Positions 10,901-23,947 of a DNA stretch of 64,000 nt are shown here, in pieces. Origin of the DNA: Podarcis vaucheri (Eukaryota); NCBI GenBank assembly GCA_965113315.1, contig OZ220371.1; one strand, given 5' to 3'. Position numbers and translations under genes: made by a program. A model generated the notes under the pieces. It was not told the DNA's origin, did no database searches, and was given only the letters and a program-made list of their open reading frames with translations. How positions within the stretch are numbered: the stretch's first letter is position 1; every line of letters starts with the position of its first letter.

Positions 10901-13900
10901 AGCCAGCGCAGCACACGGAAACGCCGTTTACCTTCCCGCTAGTAAGCGGTCCCTATTTATCTACTTGCACCCGGGGGTGCTTTCGAACTGCTAGGTGGGC
11001 AGGAGCTGGGACCGAACGACGGGAGCTCACCCGGCAGGGATTCGAACTGCCGACCTTTCGATCGGCAAGCCCTAGCCGCTGAGGCTTTTACCCACAGCGC
11101 CACCCGCGTCCCCCTAAGTTAAGGGTAGACCTGTTTAAATTAGGCCCATTAATATTAATAGGTCTACTCTGATAAAACTCAGTTGACTACCACTCAACCT
11201 TCCCCCAAAATGTAAACAAAAAAAATCTTCTACTTCAAAACACAGCCTTAACCTAGTTATTAAAAAATAACTTGTGGCACCATAAATACTGTACTAAATA
11301 TTCTATTATGGCAGAAGCCTTTATGGACCACAGTCTACTTCATCAGATGAATGAAGTGTTAAACTGAGTTACGTATGTGTGTATAAATAGATACACACAC
11401 ACATGGGGAAGGGGAGAAGGTAAACAATTGTGGTCACAGGTAAATGAAATGCAGTAAGTACGGTGACAGTGATAATTGCATAATTCAATCTGGTCATTCA
11501 TACAACTGTTGAGGGTAACACAGACATCCTGGCTTTGGTAAACCAATTATCATGAGTGCAATAATTAAAAAACAACAACTTTGTCCTGCTTCAAACTACA
11601 GGTTTGAGACTACACTGAACCTCTTGATGAATTATAATTCACTGGTTTCATCTTTCTGCCTCCCTTTGAAGTTCCTTTGTTACTCAATTTTCATGGCACA
11701 ATTTGTGTTGGGATGGATTTTGGGAAAGAGCCTCAGGTTGTCTAAAATTTGTTTTACACACAAGCCAAGTTTTGCCACCAAGTCTTGAGTTTGGTGCGCC
11801 CTTTGCAACGCAAGTTGTGGATTTTTCTCATGGGAATTTGCAAGAGGAAACTTCATTTTGAATTCCCTCAACTAAAATGTTGCCATCAAATCTAAGTTCC
11901 ATAGAACACTGTTGATTTATTCAAGTGTCGCCATTGGGAATACAAAAAACCCCAGTTATTTCAGGCTTGTGTCATCGCACCATTGCTTCAGGTATTTGTA
12001 ATAAAATAAAATAAAATGGAGGATTGTTACAAGCCCTGTTTTTGAACTCAGCAGTTTTTCCTTTTCAGTTCTGGAGGTGGTTTGTTTCAAATCTGGCTTC
12101 TGGTGGAGCAGCTGGAGCAACTTCATTGTGTGTGGTATATCCATTAGACTTTGCACGGACCCGGTTAGGTGCTGACATTGGAAAAGGTAAGAGCTTCATC
12201 TTCATATTTTAAGGGTTGTGTGCTGAGACTGGCAGTTTGTGTTTCTGCCTTCTTTGTGGTGGTGCCCCAGTTTATGGAGCTCCCTTCCTAGAAATAGGCA
12301 TTTGTTCCCTCCATTAACATCATTTTCATGTAACCTGGGGGGGGGGGGGTTCAACCCAACTGTTTAGTATGTGATGGGTAGTAGATTTTCAGCAGCTGTA
12401 TTTATTTTGAAAAATATGTTTTCCATGATGTTTTACCTGTTGTATGGCTCCTTATATGGCTCCCTAGGCTCCTTTGGGAAGAAGGACAGGATTAAAAAGT
12501 GAATTAATAGTAATAGTTCCCCTGTTCATTGTGGGGAATTCTTAGAGCTAAAGTGCTCCCCTAGTTATGTTATTTCCTCTTTCATTTTAGGTATGGAAGA
12601 GCGACAGTTCAAAGGACTTGCTGATTGTATTGGTAAAATTGCAAAAAAAGATGGCATTACCGGCCTATATCAAGGATTTGGTGTTTCAGTACAGGGGATC
12701 ATTGTATATCGGGCATCCTATTTTGGATGTTATGACACCATAAAAGTAAGTTTTCTGATCAAACTCACCCTTTCCCATTAAAAAAAAAGGATTATTTGTC
12801 ACCTTTATTATGGATGCATTTTACAGTATTTATCCTATCAGCTAAGATATTATTAATCCTATTGCAGAAACAGCTAAGACTTAAAAATAAAAAGACATGC
12901 CCAATTTGGTTTGTATTCCTTTAGTTTGTTATTATTTTATAAATTTAATAAATCTACTACATGATCCGGAGGAGCTCTGTGGTTACCTAATGGTTGATGA
13001 TAACACTTGTTTTAAAGCTAATTATTTCTACACATTTATTCTTCCCAATTTACTAATTGGTTCCTGAAGCCCAAAGGTCTGATGCAATATGATGCTCCTT
13101 TGCTCACAATGGCTGCCCTGTTGATTTAAAATGAGAAAGCAAGTTGACTGTTAAATTGGGCAGCCCTTGCAATCAAGATCTCAGTGTATTCATTGGACAT
13201 GGGGATGCTCATATGTATAGATAAAACATTTATACTATTTAGTTAATTAATGTGCCTCACAGATGAATCCTGTGCATTTTTATTTAGAAGTAAATCTCTT
13301 GTGATTTCCTGCTACAGAAACTGCTTTTAAGCTCTAAGAGATGCTAACCAGGACAGTCTCGTGTGGACTGCGAGAGATCTTGCAGGAGCCTCCCAGAGCC
13401 CACTTGAGACTTTCCCAAAGCCCAGTAAGCAAGCCTGAGAGCTTACTTTAACTTTTAATTTGTGTGATATCAGCTGGCCAGCTGCGAAGCATGTAAAGCT
13501 GCAATCGCACAAGTTAAATGTGCTTAAGTTGCAATCTTAATATATGTTATTTGCCCCCTCCCCCCCAAAAAAAATCATTTGGCTTGTTTGCCATGTGTAA
13601 AGTGTAAAACAAAAGGAGAAAAGAATATGTTTCCAACTACACTGACCATGTAAAATAATCCATTCAAAATACAATGCACTTAGGAAATTCTGAAGCAATA
13701 TAATGATTTGACAGCATCTTTTTTTCCATTTAGATTCTCAAGATACCCCAGTGAATTCTTATTTCTCTTTTCTCTTCTTAGGGAATGTTGCCAAATCCAA
13801 AAGAAACGCCATTTGTCGTATCTTTTGCAATAGCTCAAGCTGTGACTGTATTTTCTGGCATACTGTCATACCCCTTTGACACTGTCAGAAGACGCATGAT

Positions 13901-15428
13901 GATGCAGGTAAACAACATATACTTGCTGGTGTCTAAGCACAGGAGGCCTATCTAGAAGGGTAGAGTCCTGGGGGGAATTCTAGGAGGGGAAATATAAAAA
14001 AAATTCAAAGCTACACTCTTCTCCTGTCCCCCAACTGACATCCTTCAATTTGCATTTGCAGAGGCTCCTGCAGCCATTTTTATCAATCAGCTAATTGCAC
14101 AGCATAGCATATCACATATAACAAGCGCTATCACCAGGTCCCTCTCAGGTGGGGGGGGGAGCATTTCCCTGGGTATGTGGACCCTACATTCGGACCCTAC
14201 ATTTTGACCACAGATTTGTGTGGTTGCCCAGCTGGCTAGTCAGAAACACGTATTTGGCTGTTGATGTGCTGAGCAAACCAGGTGATTATGCTTTTTCATG
14301 GTTTAATTTTGAAGCAGCAGTGTGTGTCTCTGTGTTAAGAGAAATACATTTATTTTTATTCTTCTCCTGTTGCTGGTAAGGGGGCAGTAACCATCCTGTT
14401 GTCACCCTGTGGTGCAAAGAATGCAAGCTCTGTCGTGTGCTTTCTTGAAGGTCTGTGTACTTCAGCAATGTGGGTCTGCCTGACAGCTGTTTTATTTGCA
14501 AAAAGAGAAACAACTTATGTAATTTTATGTAATCTTCCTTCTGGATTTTTTTTTTTCAACATTAGAGACTTTTGAAAAGGAAGTATGCCAATTTGGAAGC
14601 AAGAGAAATTAATTTTTTATATCTTACAGATTTATATAGAATACTATTTGACTGTCTCAATATAAATATCTATCTTAAAAAATAGATTAAGAAAATTAGA
14701 TTCTCCAGTGTAAACATTTTGATGCAAACACATTTTTTTAAAATATCTATCAAAAAAACCATACTACCAACTTTGGGGAAATCTAAACACTTCTAGATTG
14801 GTACTTGGTGATGGGGGTGGGGAACCATGTGAAGTTCAGCGAAAAGGCAGTGAAGAACAATGTTCCAAAAATATGCTTCAGACATTATCCAAGAATCAGC
14901 ATGCTTCAAAACACCCTGAGGAATGACATGACCTTGTTTAACTCTGAAGCTTAAAAGAAACATCACAAGAAGATCACAGACTTGCTAAATTTAGCTGCAG
15001 AGAACTACATCAGGGAAGCATTTACTCATTAAGGTTCTTATATTGAAACAGAGATAAAATTAGTGAGAGGTGTTTCTAGACTTATAATTACAAAAATGCC
15101 TAATACTATATATCAGACCCTAAACTGAAAATTATAAAAATACCAAATGCCAGATTAGACCCTTGCCACATAGTAAGCACGTACATTTTCCAATCATCTG
15201 TCTTTGTTTAAAATTATTTTAACACAGAGTGGAGAGGCTGAACGTCAGTACAAAGGAACCATTGACTGCTTTTTCAAGATATACAACCAGGAAGGATTAA
15301 ATGCCTTTTTTCGGGGAGCGTTTTCAAATGTACTTCGTGGGACAGGCGGTGCCTTGGTGTTGGTCCTTTATGACAAAATTAAGGAGTTTCTTAATATTGA
15401 TCCATCAATAGGCCGATCATCTGACTAA
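4383..15428 (+). CDS. SLC25A31: ADP/ATP translocase 4 (ANT4), 6 coding exons: 4383-4599, 8285-8412, 12069-12186, 12591-12745, 13782-13907, 15228-15428; 314 aa
   Basis: All introns are GT-AG with matching phase, giving a 945-nt CDS. It has the mitochondrial carrier motifs [20 protein letters not shown] and [13 protein letters not shown] (ANT signature RRRMMM). The N-terminus [10 protein letters not shown], the C-terminal extension, the six-exon layout and the position between INTU and HSPA4L indicate ANT4 rather than ANT1-3. Confidence 0.97.
4865..4914. repeat. (TG)25 microsatellite in SLC25A31 intron 1
   Basis: Uninterrupted TG run. Confidence 0.95.
5234..5314. repeat. Short minisatellite: four copies of TAATATATACTCC with alternating TACTTC / AACA spacers
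   Basis: The core is visible at 5240, 5260, 5277 and 5298. Confidence 0.85.
7554..7907 (+). mobile_element. Sauria SINE (tRNA-derived head, Bov-B-related tail)
   Basis: A box GGTGGCGCTGTGG, B box GGTTCGAATCC and an (ACCTTT)-type tail. An 11-bp target-site duplication (TSD) TTACCATCACA lies at 7543-7553 and 7908-7918. Confidence 0.9.
10026..10267 (+). mobile_element. Tc1/mariner-pogo (Tigger-like) MITE, copy A
   Basis: Perfect 18-bp TIR CAGTGGTACCTCGGGTTA with TA on both sides; homologous to the copies at 19734 and 23690. Confidence 0.9.
10758..11113 (-). mobile_element. Sauria SINE of a different subfamily, antisense in SLC25A31 intron 2
   Basis: The reverse complement starts GGGGACGCGGGTGGCGCTGTGG and ends in an (ACCTTT)n tail. 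A perfect 14-bp TSD CTAAGTTAAGGGTA lies at 10744-10757 and 11114-11127. Confidence 0.9.
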
Positions 15429-15580
15429 AGTCACTGATAATAGTCACCTGTCCCTACTGTTAAAAATGTCATTCATTATTATATGATGAGTACTGTAAGA
15501 ACAATCAAAAGTTTTGCATGGGTCTGCTAATCATTTACACTAATGATTTGAAGGCAGCTAAAGCGTGATTTGTTTCCTGT

Positions 15581-15586
15581 CATAAA
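15581..15586 (+). terminator. Candidate non-canonical SLC25A31 poly(A) signal CATAAA
   Basis: About 150 nt after the stop codon and followed by the GU-rich element TTGTTTTTGTGTGTGTG at about 15600-15616. I found no AATAAA until about 16301. Confidence 0.4.
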
Positions 15587-16249
15587 GAGTTGCATTTACT
15601 TGTTTTTGTGTGTGTGCATTCCTTCCAAATGCCTAGCTTTCGTTTTTTCACTTGTATTTGTTGTGTCACTCATTTTCATTACCAAGTCAAAGCCAAGGTT
15701 GCTGCTATTTTCATCTAACAATTGGGCAACTTATAGTGACAAAACCCTGTTGAGTTCATGAATGAGCTGAGATTGGAACCCAGATTTCCATGAGGAAAGG
15801 GCAGCACCAGTCACTAGAGAGCATTGGGGAACATGCAGCCCTCCAGATGTCCAAATTTTCTTCAGCCCAAACCAGCATGGCCAATGATCAGAGATAATAG
15901 GAGTTGTAGTCCCACAACATCTGGCGGGCCACAGATTCCCTACCCATGCACCAGATTTTAGATTTTTTTTAATTAGTGCAGTCAGAAATGAGGTGCTTTT
16001 CCTGACAAGACACACATCCGTCTGTTTTTATGAGGCAGTTTAATATCCACAGCCATCAAGGTAGCAGAGCTCTTGCAAAAGTTCTAATTTTCAAATCTTT
16101 AACTCCACCCTAATCCTTTCCAAGTTAATAGAATTGCTCTGGTGTAAATTACAGAAATGTGGAGGAAAGCAAATGGCTATGAATAGATGTAGCTTATGGT
16201 ACTTACTAGACAGCTTGCTTGCATACGTATTTATAGTACTTCTATCCGG

Positions 16250-16810
16250 CCTTTTGCCAAATAGCCTTAAGGCGGCTAACAATGTGAAGTAGTAAAATGC
16301 AATAAACATAACAACAAGAGATAGCTAACTAAAACAGCAGATAAAACAATAGAGAGGGTAATTAGAAACTCAGATAAAGACAACATAAACAGAAGTGAGA
16401 ATAAACTATGAGTCATTAAAGGCACAAAGAACATGACAAACTTCATCTGACACTTAAAAGATTACAAAGAAGGTGCCAGGAAGATATGCCTGAGAAGGGA
16501 GTTGCCACATGCCTACTGTGGTTGGGCCCCCAAAAGAAGGGCCTTAGAAAAAGATCTGTCTGGTTCATGTGGAAGAAGACCGTCCTTTAGATATAAAGAG
16601 CAAAAACAGCACTTTGAATTGAGCCCATAAACAAGCAAAGTGGGAGCCAGTGAAAAATATATTTACTGAAGTGATGTATCCTTAGCAGTTAGCTTCGGTA
16701 AATAGTCTAGAGATGGCATTCTGCACCAGTTGAAGCTTCCATGGTGCTTTTCAGAGGCAGCTTTACAAGTGGTGCGGTACAGTATTGTAACCCGGGTGTT
16801 ACCAGTCTGA
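16250..16810 (-). mobile_element. Degenerate L2-like LINE fragment
   Basis: Eroded similarity to an L2 ORF2 3' region and 3' UTR (GCCGCCTTAAG, AAGCTTCAACTGGTGCAGAATGC on the minus strand). Boundaries are approximate. Confidence 0.45.
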
Positions 16811-19009
16811 GAAGGACAGGCCAGAGAATACCTTAGAGAACATGCCTTGAAGAATTTGAGAAAAAGTTGAAAGCTACTATCACTTAGTCATGCCCAAGAA
16901 AACGACATTGATTTGCCCAGCTTGATATGTAACCCTCACAGACCTTGGGGATATACAAAACAACATTTGACCATTAAGTCAATGTGAAATCAAGGCTGGT
17001 TAGGTTCCCACTCCTTCACCAAATCAAATGTAAAAAAGCACTCAGGGTTGCCAGCTGAATGGCTGACTTCCACCACCTTGAAATAGAAAATTAAGGAAGA
17101 AAAAAATATCTGCTTCTCATTCAACAGATGGTGGGAGTGTGTTAATTCTTATACTACTAGCCAACAAGCTTGCAGGAGAATCCTTTCCCCTGGTATATTC
17201 CTTTCACGCTTGCAGAATAAACCTGCGGCGATAACAGATGCTCAGTTGGCAGCACCCTGAAAGCGTGTTTCAGAGAGGACAAAACTACAGTTGTTTCAGT
17301 ATGCCACATTTCCATATGCCTACTTTCAGAGGAAGCCCAAAAGAGGTCTTGGAAGATGGGGTTTAGGTGATGGCACTCTCATTCCTCCTGGAAATAATGG
17401 GTCATTATTTCCTGTTCCATCGTTTAGAAAACCACAAGGTTCTTTGACATGAAAGGTGGTAGAACTGCAGAAGAATCTAGCAGAGTAGAGGTTCTCAAAG
17501 TTTCTACCCTCCAGGACACACTTGAGAGGCGTGGAAATTGCTGGAACCCACTAAGTCACAAAATGGCAAGGAAAGGGTGGAGCCAAATACTGTTGGGTAG
17601 AGGAGGAGTTTAGCATAAGCAGCAGTTATGGACATCAAATTCTGTTGATAATTAATCCCTCTTTGTAAATTGCTAATTTTGGCAAAGTTTCATAACTAAT
17701 TTTTCCTCAGGCCAAGAATGGGTATTAGCCCTGACTGTAGTGTGACATGCTCATTTTAGGGACACCTTGCTCATCTAATGGCTCTATCTGGACAGAGTTT
17801 TTTATTCTGCATCCCCTATGCCTTTCAAAAGTATTTTTACTCATCTATAATTTCTTTCCCCCTTTTCTTTTCACTCTCAATTTGTACCTTATTTCTCCAC
17901 ACCCAGACTGTCAATTCCTTTAATCTCTCTGTCCTTCCTCCTATAGCAGCTTTACATTATTAACAATTGTATGCACTCACTATTTCCTTTAGCACATCCT
18001 TTCCCTTCAGAGGAAGGAAGCACCTGCCTTTGAAAGGGACCGCAGAAATACAGACCAGGAATGTAAAAACCAGACAGCAAGGTTTCTTAAAGAAAAAGTT
18101 TTTTATTTGGTCTCCATTGGTCATCCTGACCTTCACCCCTTCACCTTCACCCCTCCCAAATTCACCAACAACCTTTGCTCAGCGTGTGGGGAGTTGCTGG
18201 TGCTGGCTTCGGTTCAACCCAAAACTATGGCATGGCCAGAGGGCTGGTTGAGTGTGTGAGGAGGCACTGGGTAGGCTATGGAATGAGGATCAGTTGTGGG
18301 CCCTGGTCCACCATTAAAGAATCTGGATGCCCAGATTCCCTTTCCCTCCATCTCCTCTGAAAACGCCCCCCCCCCCAACCTTTGTGAACCTTGGAAAGTA
18401 TTTCTTACATTTTTTAAAATCTCATGTAAACCATAACAGTTCAACCTTTATAGGACGCTGGAGGAGAGAAGGAACCACAAAATATGAAAGCAGCAGTAAT
18501 GCGTTGATGCAATAGCATGACCACCATTAAGGGCAAAAGGTCCAGAAATTCTACAGGATGGTTACCATGGCAACACTCCCAAAGCCTACTTGTTTTGCTT
18601 GGGAATGAATTGTATATGAGCGTACAAGGTGTTATGTTCAGTGGTTTGTTTTTCATAAGCACTGCTACTCAGTTGTGGCTCTTAAGGGAGGCATAATGTT
18701 TGGAACTGAATATGCTGGTAAAATGATTTACAGCCTGCTGCACAGGGATGAGGTTGCAAGGCACATTATATCTATAGTCTTCCCTAGTGAAGCCCTCAGA
18801 AAGGCAGCTTTTCTCACAGAATAGGCTGTATTTGTCAAGAGATAAGAACATTTGCTTTTCTATGCAGTTCTAGGGCAGCCTTTAAAGGCACTTTCTCATT
18901 AACAGTGTAGATTTTCCTACTTTAGAAGAGGAGAACGCAATTTCATTTGCTTGTGCATTTATAACATTGTATTGGTAACTTTTTAAAAAGTGTATGTATA
19001 AGTGTAAAT

Positions 19010-19716
19010 GTTGTTGGCATCTGTATGTCTCGAGAGACAATGGAGTGCACCTCCGGCCGTGAAATCAAACCTCTGTGTTAGCAGTACCAAAGTGACCTTG
19101 AGGTGCAAGCCTGGGCAGTGTGTATGGAGGCCCTGGGATGCCAAGACAATAAGACCCCCATCTTGGCCTCACTGATGTGGTTTAAAGGAAAGCAGAGCAA
19201 TACATTTGGCACCAGCTGGGCTGCAGGAGTTGCCAGAAGATGACATAGAAGGCGCCATCCAACAGTCTTAGGGACTTCACTCCAATTTAGCGTTTTCTTC
19301 TCCTGGAAATATTCTTCAAGGCAGCAGAGGTTTAGGATCAGAGTTTTCCTTCTCTTAGATGGGCTACCCTGCCAGGTTAATGAACCCCATCTGTCCCTCA
19401 CTTCTCTCTGCAGCACAGGCAGAAACTGTCTTTATTGGACCCACTGTTGGTCTCATCTGCTCAATCTGCTGGAGATTGCCGCATGCAAAGGGAAGTTCCT
19501 AATTTATCCAGGGTTTGAGACCCATTGTCTACCCTCCCTTGGTTTAGCCAGCCAATCTAAGCCATTCTCAGGGTGTGGCGACTGCTGCACACTGACGGCT
19601 TCTAGGAGCCACTGCTGAGAGCTGAATGCAGGGTGGAGACCAAAGGTGGACAAATTATCCCAGATGTGTCTCCCACCAGAGGTACTACCCCTCCTTTAAC
19701 ATCCCATGTACCCCAT
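19010..19716 (-). mobile_element. Non-autonomous RTE-clade retroelement (internally deleted)
   Basis: The minus strand ends in ...TCTCGAGACATACAGATGCCAACAAC, the RTE-type 3' end with a CAA tail. There is no long ORF. Confidence 0.55.
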
Positions 19717-19733
19717 GTGTAAATACACAATTA

Positions 19734-19949
19734 CAGTGGTGCCCCGGGTTACAGACGCTTCAGGTTACAGACTCTGCTAACCCAGGAATAGGACCTCGGG
19801 TTAAGAACTTTGCTTCAGGATGAGAACAGAAATTGCACGGTGGCAGCGGGAGGCCCCATTAGCTAAAGTGGTACCCTCAGGTTAAGAACAGTTTCAGGTT
19901 AAGAACGGACTTCCAGAACGAATTAAATTCTTAATCCGAGGTACCACTG
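19734..19949 (+). mobile_element. Tigger-like MITE, copy B
   Basis: TIRs CAGTGGTGCCCCGGGTTA and TAATCCGAGGTACCACTG, TA flanks, and a body homologous to 10026-10267. Confidence 0.88.
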
Positions 19950-21846
19950 TAGTATATATGACCAAGTAATCTGTATTTCCAGGACTGTCCTGGGAAAATC
20001 GGGACACTTGGAGGGTATGTGACCAGCCTGCACAGTTCATGGGCAGGAAGTGCCTGATGGAGCTGGGATGAAATTAACTCTGCTTCACAGCTCTCCCACT
20101 AAGGAAGTTTGATGGAATGGCTGCCCTAGATAACAGCTGAAGGGGAAGAAGCTTGATGGTGCTGGCCTATGTCTATAGTGAAACAGTGGTATTTCACTAT
20201 AGACTATAAAAAGAGGGGGTTGGATCAAGGAAACCAATAGGAAGAAAAACTGATACTTCATGACTCCTCCCATTGAGATTAACTAGAAACTCTTAAGCAG
20301 GCAGGACCCACTTACCAGTACACTTCCAGTTAGGACTGGAAAGGACATTTGCTAAAATAAGACTTGTGACTAAACATGACAGAAATACCTTTGTCATGGA
20401 TAAAGAGCATTAAGTGCTGCATTGAACCTCCATTTTCATTCAGTTTCCACCTGATTATGAAGAAGCAATGCCTCAACTGTTGTAAAAAGAGTTCTGGTCT
20501 GTGAGCAACCTGGTGCAACAATTATTATCACCAAAAAATGTATCTAGAAACTGACAAATACAGGTTAGATACCCAGCTACCTATGATGGTCCCTAAAGCA
20601 ATGCTTTTGGGGAAACTATCAGCATCATGTAGCTGCCCCTCCCAACATGACATTTTGTGGTGAGCTTAGCCTCCTTATTCCCTTCCTTCTCATACACATC
20701 TATAAATCTGTAAACACTGCATTTTAATTTTATTCAGTGCAACAACACTTAGAGGCCACTTTAGTTCACTGACATATGTATCAGAAAAGGGAAAATAATG
20801 ATTTAATGATGAAAATCTAGTGACTACTCCTTTAATCGCCTCTTGATTTCAGGCCTGATCATTCAGTATTTGGTTTGCAATGCAGTGCAGGTAACTGCTA
20901 CAAGATAGTACTGGAAGTAAAACCTGTTCCTTTGATGCAGAGGGCATGTTTTACAGAAATCCCTCTGACACATGCCCTGACTAGTAATCTCTGCTTTGCT
21001 AGATCACCAGGTGTGGTAATTTCTTTTCTCTCTCTCTCTCTAGTTTACATTTTTTATTGTTTTCTTCACAATAGATTTCTATGACATAGTTACTTGTGAC
21101 ATACTCTGGATGACACAAGGGCATTTGAGTAATGCAGATTGTTCTGAGACCACATTGGATTCTGGGTCTTCAAGACTCTTCAAGTGCTCTAGAGTGTCAC
21201 TACCCTAGGCACTCTTTGAGCAGAATAGCAAATTAAAACGGCAGCTCCACTTCCAGGGCCCTCTTTGAGTGTTGCTGCACCACCACTGCCAGGTGCACCA
21301 CGCTGCCCCCGTGACAAAGGGCGCCTGGGGTGTGCTGATGTCACACACGGCACACCCCATGGCATGCATGTGCTGCTGAGTAGAACTTGGGGGGCAGCCC
21401 CTTCACTGAAAATTTGTGGTTGCCTGGGCCCCAACAGCCCCGCATAGATGGCACCTATGACCATTCCCAAGTGAGCCTGAGATGGCCCACCAGCGTAAGA
21501 GAGGGCCCAGCAGAGTGCATTTGCCCAGACCTCCAAAAAATGCCGTTATTTTTAGTCAGAGTTGGCAGAGCTGGGCTAGATTGCCCAATAGTCTGACTCA
21601 ATAGAATGCAGCTTCATTACATTCACATATTGTACTTGTCGGCACTGTGTGAAGGGCAGGTAATTTTTTAAATAAAGTAAATTAAATACATAGTCCATCA
21701 GTTGCAAAAGGGAGTAGGGTTTGTGTGTGCATAGAGCAATTACCAGAAACATACTTTTTTGTGATTCTGGCCTGAATAGCTGTAAAAGGGGCAAGAGCTT
21801 GTCTGGTCCTGCTGTCAGGAAGAGACCATGTTGTGATTAATCAAGA

Positions 21847-21972
21847 CATGTGAGGGGAACCTTTGGCCCTCCAGATGGTGTTGAACTACAACCCCCATAT
21901 GTCCCCAATGGCTAGGGATGATGGAAGTTGTGGTTCAGTAACATCTGGAGGGCCAAAGGTTCCCCATACCTG
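21847..21972. mobile_element. Short fold-back hAT-type MITE
   Basis: Inverted arms GGGGAACCTTTGGCCCTCCAGATG and CATCTGGAGGGCCAAAGGTTCCCC. Same family as 55186-55321, with weaker copies near 3230-3340, 15820-15950 and 62427-62544. Confidence 0.75.
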
Positions 21973-22311
21973 AATTAGGGAAACCATAATAAGCAAATAC
22001 TTCTGCTGCTATGACAGCAGTGAACCTTGAACATTCCTTATTCTGCATTCCTTTGGCTGCTTACCTAACAGTGTGGAAGATTCTAAAGGGTGTGGAATCA
22101 ATAGAACAAAACTGCCCTCAACCTCTAAGTGATGTGGGATTCAGGTCTCCTTGATCAGAAGAGTGCTATGCAAAGTCCTGAAGTAATAACATATAGACAA
22201 GGAAGGTGATGACTGAAATAAAACTACAGCTGAAATACCTTTCTGGTTTGCCCATTGTAAAGGTTATTTCCCCCCACCTGCAAAGGGAGTCTAGTTCATG
22301 AGGCAGTAATA

Positions 22312-22357
22312 CACTGTGTGTGTCAGAATGTTACCACTGTGTGTGTCAGAATGTTAC
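22312..22357. repeat. Perfect 23-bp tandem duplication
   Basis: CACTGTGTGTGTCAGAATGTTAC occurs twice in tandem. Confidence 0.9.
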
Positions 22358-23689
22358 CATGTTTCATGTCACAATGGTATGACATCTTCCCCAAAACACA
22401 TCACAGAAGTTTTTGATAAGATCTATAAGATTTCTGTGCTGCTAATGTATTGAGGATGGGGGTTGAGTGTGAACAAACAAGACATGAATTGATTGGATAA
22501 TCGTCTATTGATTTTTATTATTGTCCAATTAATTTTTACTATCAGCCAGGTGTCTTTTTATAACAAAACATTTGTATAGCCTCTTATCATTGGAATTTAG
22601 TTTTCATTAATATCTAGCAGTGCTGGTGCATGTAGTGAGTTCAGGTTACATGTATAAATTAACTCATCACTGAGAATCAGAGCATTGTGCTTTTTCTGGA
22701 GTGCGAAGATGTTCGTTTTTATTCCGTTCTTAAAATACATTGTTGGCCCTTTTTAAAAAAAGTGATTTTATTGTAAATATGCAGCAAAATACATAACAAT
22801 AAAAAGCAGTAATAAAAACGTATTTCCCCTTCCCCCTTTCTTGTATTACCTTTTTATTGAAATACAGATACTTCCTTCCATTGCCTTGCAACATATCTAT
22901 GCTGTTTAATAATGGGAAAACCCTTTCATGTCTTCAGATTTACAACAAGAAGAATAATAGTTAACACCCACATGAAATAAGATCTGCTTAGCTATGTCAA
23001 TCTGTGTAATTACAGAAAATGATAAGTTAATAAGCAATCATGGTTTAATTAAATAATGACTCATTGAGCTTCAAATCCTCAAGTTGTCCTGTTGAAATTT
23101 CCAGGACTACTCTGGGGTGGAGACTTACAATCATAGGGTGTGACCACATTCCCATTTACTGTGGCTCCAGTGCACTCCCAACACTGGATTTTTAAGCTGG
23201 GTTCACATGATGTTGGATCCAATCCATCTGTATCCTGTAGCTTTTGGAGAAATGCTCCTATTTCATACGCGTTTTCCTCAAACAAGCTTCAGTGTGATTT
23301 GAAAATGGAAGCCACAATTGGTGTGAACAGTTCAGGATACGTGCACACAAATAATGGCACATGCTCAAACGAAAGCTTCACTGGCGGGTGTTCAGAGCAG
23401 GAAAAGCAATAATTGGGTGAAGACACACCCAGCCGGCTGTGGTGTGAACAGAAGAAGAAGGAAGTAAATTGGAAACGCAGCAGTAGGAAATAACCTCATA
23501 CTGTTTCAAGCAGAACTGAATATAAAAAAGAAGTCCAGGAAGCTGGATTAGATACAAGGGCAATAGTGGAGCAGCATCCCACCCAACCTAACAAACCAAC
23601 CTCCACTGTCATCCCCTGACAAGGGAGAGTGGGGGGGGGGGAACCAGCTCCCCCCCATCCACAAAAAATATTGAAAAGCATTGAAAGTA

Positions 23690-23947
23690 CAGTGGTACCT
23701 CGGGTTAAGTACTTAATTCATTCTGGAGTTCCATACTTAACCTGAAATTGTTCTTAACCTGAAGCACCACTTTAGCTAATGGAGCCTCCCACTGCTGCTG
23801 CGCCGCCGAAGCACGATTTCTGTTCTCATCCTGAAGCAAAGTTCTTAACTTGAAGCACTATTTCTGGGTTAGCAGAGTCTGTAACTTGAAGCGTATGTAA
23901 CCTGAAGCGTATGTAACCTGAAGCATATGTAACCCAAGGTACCACTG
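23690..23947 (-). mobile_element. Tigger-like MITE, copy C (inverted), about 1 kb upstream of the HSPA4L ATG
   Basis: TIRs CAGTGGTACCTCGGGTTA and TAACCCAAGGTACCACTG with TA flanks. The body is the reverse complement of copy A. Confidence 0.9.
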
